Of a stretch of DNA of 38,709 nucleotides, positions 37,095 to 38,709 are shown piece by piece. The notes under the pieces are model-generated. The model worked only from the letters and a program-made list of their open reading frames with translations. It made no database searches and had not been told where the DNA came from. The number at the start of each line of letters is the position of its first letter. Positions within the stretch are counted from its first letter, which is position 1. A program made the translations under genes and the position numbers. Origin of the DNA: Fibrobacterales bacterium (GTDB lineage Bacteria; Fibrobacterota; Fibrobacteria; Fibrobacterales; JAOPTW01); NCBI GenBank assembly GCA_051532035.1, contig JAOPTW010000051.1, positions 1 to 38,709 of the forward strand, given 5' to 3'.

Positions 37095-38279
37095 ATGGTA
37101 AAAAAAATATTACTACCTCTCTTACCCTGCCTCTACACTCTTGTAGCGGTCAGTGGTTGTTTTAACATTGAGCCCAATACGGTCGACTCTGCAGTATTAC
37201 CCGATGAGTCTTCCTTTGAAAAGAGTGATAACTCTTCTGATACACAAGATGATGAATCTTCATCAAGTATAGAATCATCTTTTATGGAGGAATCTTCTAC
37301 TGAAAGTAGTGTAGTGAGTAGTGCTCTCGATGATTCAAGTGATGAGAGCTCTAGTATTGAAAGTTCGTCAATAGAACTCTCATCTGACATCTCTTCATCT
37401 GAATCCTCCTCGTCAGAGCCGGAGTCCTCTAATGCAGGGCCCGTAGTTAAAGGTGAATTTACCCTTGTGTATGAAGATGAATTTGATGACCTCGATCTTG
37501 ACTATTGGGAGATCAGTGATGGGAGTTGGGATGATAATAAAACAATGTTTCAACCGAGTGGAGTGGATGTGTCTGACGGACTACTGAAACTTATTATGAC
37601 CAAAGAGTATGTGGCTGATCGTACCTGTTGGGGCCAACGAAGACTGGCTGCTCCTAATGGAGAATCACCCATACCAGGGCAAGACGGGTCTAAGTACTGG
37701 TCATCAGGGGAGCTTCGGTCACTCAAGATGTATAAGTATGGCCGTTTTGAAACAACCATCAAAGCACCGGATGCAGCACACTATCTCTCTACCTTTTTTC
37801 TCTTTAATGTTCCTCGTGATGAGCAGTGGTTAGAAATTGATATTGAACTCATGTCTACGGTACCGGGTCAATCAACAACCAATCTCCTCATAGATAAAAA
37901 TGGGGGAGCAGCACTCTGGTCTGATATCGCCTTTAATAATGAATTAGACTCACATGACATTTCACCCATTAATCATCAAGAGGATAATGATTTTGTTATC
38001 GAGTGGACTTCAGAGTATGTGGCATGGATTATCAATGACATTGAAGTGCGCAGAGTGACTGAGCCACACCTTATTCCTACCAAACCACTTTATGCCATTT
38101 TTAATTTTTGGATGGGTCATGAAAGCTTAAGTGGAAGTCCTGATGATGATTATCTCACGGGGATAAAAGTTCAGACCGAGTACCAATATTTTCGCTATTA
38201 TAAATGGAGTGGTGAGGATGATTGGGAGCACGATGGGTGGTGTGGTGATAAGAGTTGGAATGGTGTGCGGTGTGAGTAG
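37095..38279 (+). CDS. GH16 beta-glucanase (lichenase/laminarinase-like) lipoprotein with Ser-rich linker
   Basis: Lipobox VSGC, Ser/Glu linker, SGELRS...YGRFE, catalytic WLEIDIE, IEWT, FNFW; AGGAG RBS. Confidence 0.9.
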   Translation: MVKKILLPLLPCLYTLVAVSGCFNIEPNTVDSAVLPDESSFEKSDNSSDTQDDESSSSIESSFMEESSTESSVVSSALDDSSDESSSIESSSIELSSDISSSESSSSEPESSNAGPVVKGEFTLVYEDEFDDLDLDYWEISDGSWDDNKTMFQPSGVDVSDGLLKLIMTKEYVADRTCWGQRRLAAPNGESPIPGQDGSKYWSSGELRSLKMYKYGRFETTIKAPDAAHYLSTFFLFNVPRDEQWLEIDIELMSTVPGQSTTNLLIDKNGGAALWSDIAFNNELDSHDISPINHQEDNDFVIEWTSEYVAWIINDIEVRRVTEPHLIPTKPLYAIFNFWMGHESLSGSPDDDYLTGIKVQTEYQYFRYYKWSGEDDWEHDGWCGDKSWNGVRCE

Positions 38280-38329
38280 ATTATGTCGAGGGGGTGGTTC
38301 TGAAGTAGGAACGATATTATTGTAGTTTG

Positions 38330-38357
38330 AAGCTCGCCATTAGGGGGGAGCTTTTTT
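38330..38357 (+). terminator. Intrinsic terminator
   Basis: AAGCTC-GCC...GGG-GAGCTT followed by a T-run. Confidence 0.65.
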
Positions 38358-38452
38358 CTTTGCGAACAAGTAGGGAGTAAGTCTCTTTAAAAGTATTGCC
38401 TTATGTTTGGTAGTAAATCCATAAGATTTCTCTTATACTAGGGTTGTCGAAA

Positions 38453-38609
38453 GGCGTGTAGCCTACCTAAACTTCAATGTATTGTAGCACTTCACGCATG
38501 GTGAACCTTTGTTTTTGCAGTGTGAGCTAATCAAGTGGCGTGTCGCCTAACCATTCTGCAATGTGCGGTAGCACTTCACTCGTGGTAGACCTTTGTTTTT
38601 GCAATGTGA
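38453..38609. repeat. Degenerate tandem duplication, ~84-bp period, two copies
   Basis: GGCGTGT.GCCTA, CAATGT, GTAGCACTTCAC and ACCTTTGTTTTTGCA.TGTGA each recur 83-84 bp apart. Confidence 0.8.
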
Positions 38610-38709
38610 CCGAGCATAAGTAGTGAGAATCTCAATGGGGGGTAGATGATGATATTTCCCTCTAGAGAATGAAAAACATTTCTGGCGTGTGAGGTTTGTC
38701 TGGTGGCGT

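Noticed and set aside
47..38279. Numerous short ORFs in the track overlapping long genes
   Set aside because: Antisense or alternate-frame shadows of well-supported CDSs without motifs or RBS.
38453..38620. CRISPR array or attC site
   Set aside because: Only two degenerate units whose would-be spacers resemble each other; GCCTAAC has no matching GTTRRRY partner; no cas or integrase gene.

Overview
AT-rich bacterial chromosomal window, most likely from a Fibrobacterota member (inferred from a perfect Fibrobacter-type LexA box and a T9SS-like C-terminal domain; not proven). Coding content: the 3' part of a giant Ig/cadherin-repeat adhesin, an orphan solute-binding protein, guanine/nucleoside deaminase, an HDOD protein, ald, a GreA/B-like protein, Fe-SOD and ferredoxin, a dnaE2-imuB-like mutagenesis cassette without imuA, a PAS-GGDEF-EAL protein, TlpA, a secreted discoidin protein, a double-CHASE3 MCP with cheW, a tandem receiver protein, and a PUL-like locus (TonB receptor, TPR/outer-membrane protein, CBM-like lipoprotein, divergent GH16). 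The least explained signal is non-coding. Between 23.6 and 29.7 kb lie four structured intergenic elements that fall into two apparent paralogous pairs: two minus-strand sRNA candidates with C-rich terminator loops, and two plus-strand multi-branch elements closed by UCCGAG...CUCGGAAGA. They sit among a recurrent 16-bp palindrome (TACCTGAATTCAGGTA) and helically phased GTAC repeats. Two decayed genes not resolved by the ORF track were also found. All family assignments come from motif recognition by eye, without database searches.
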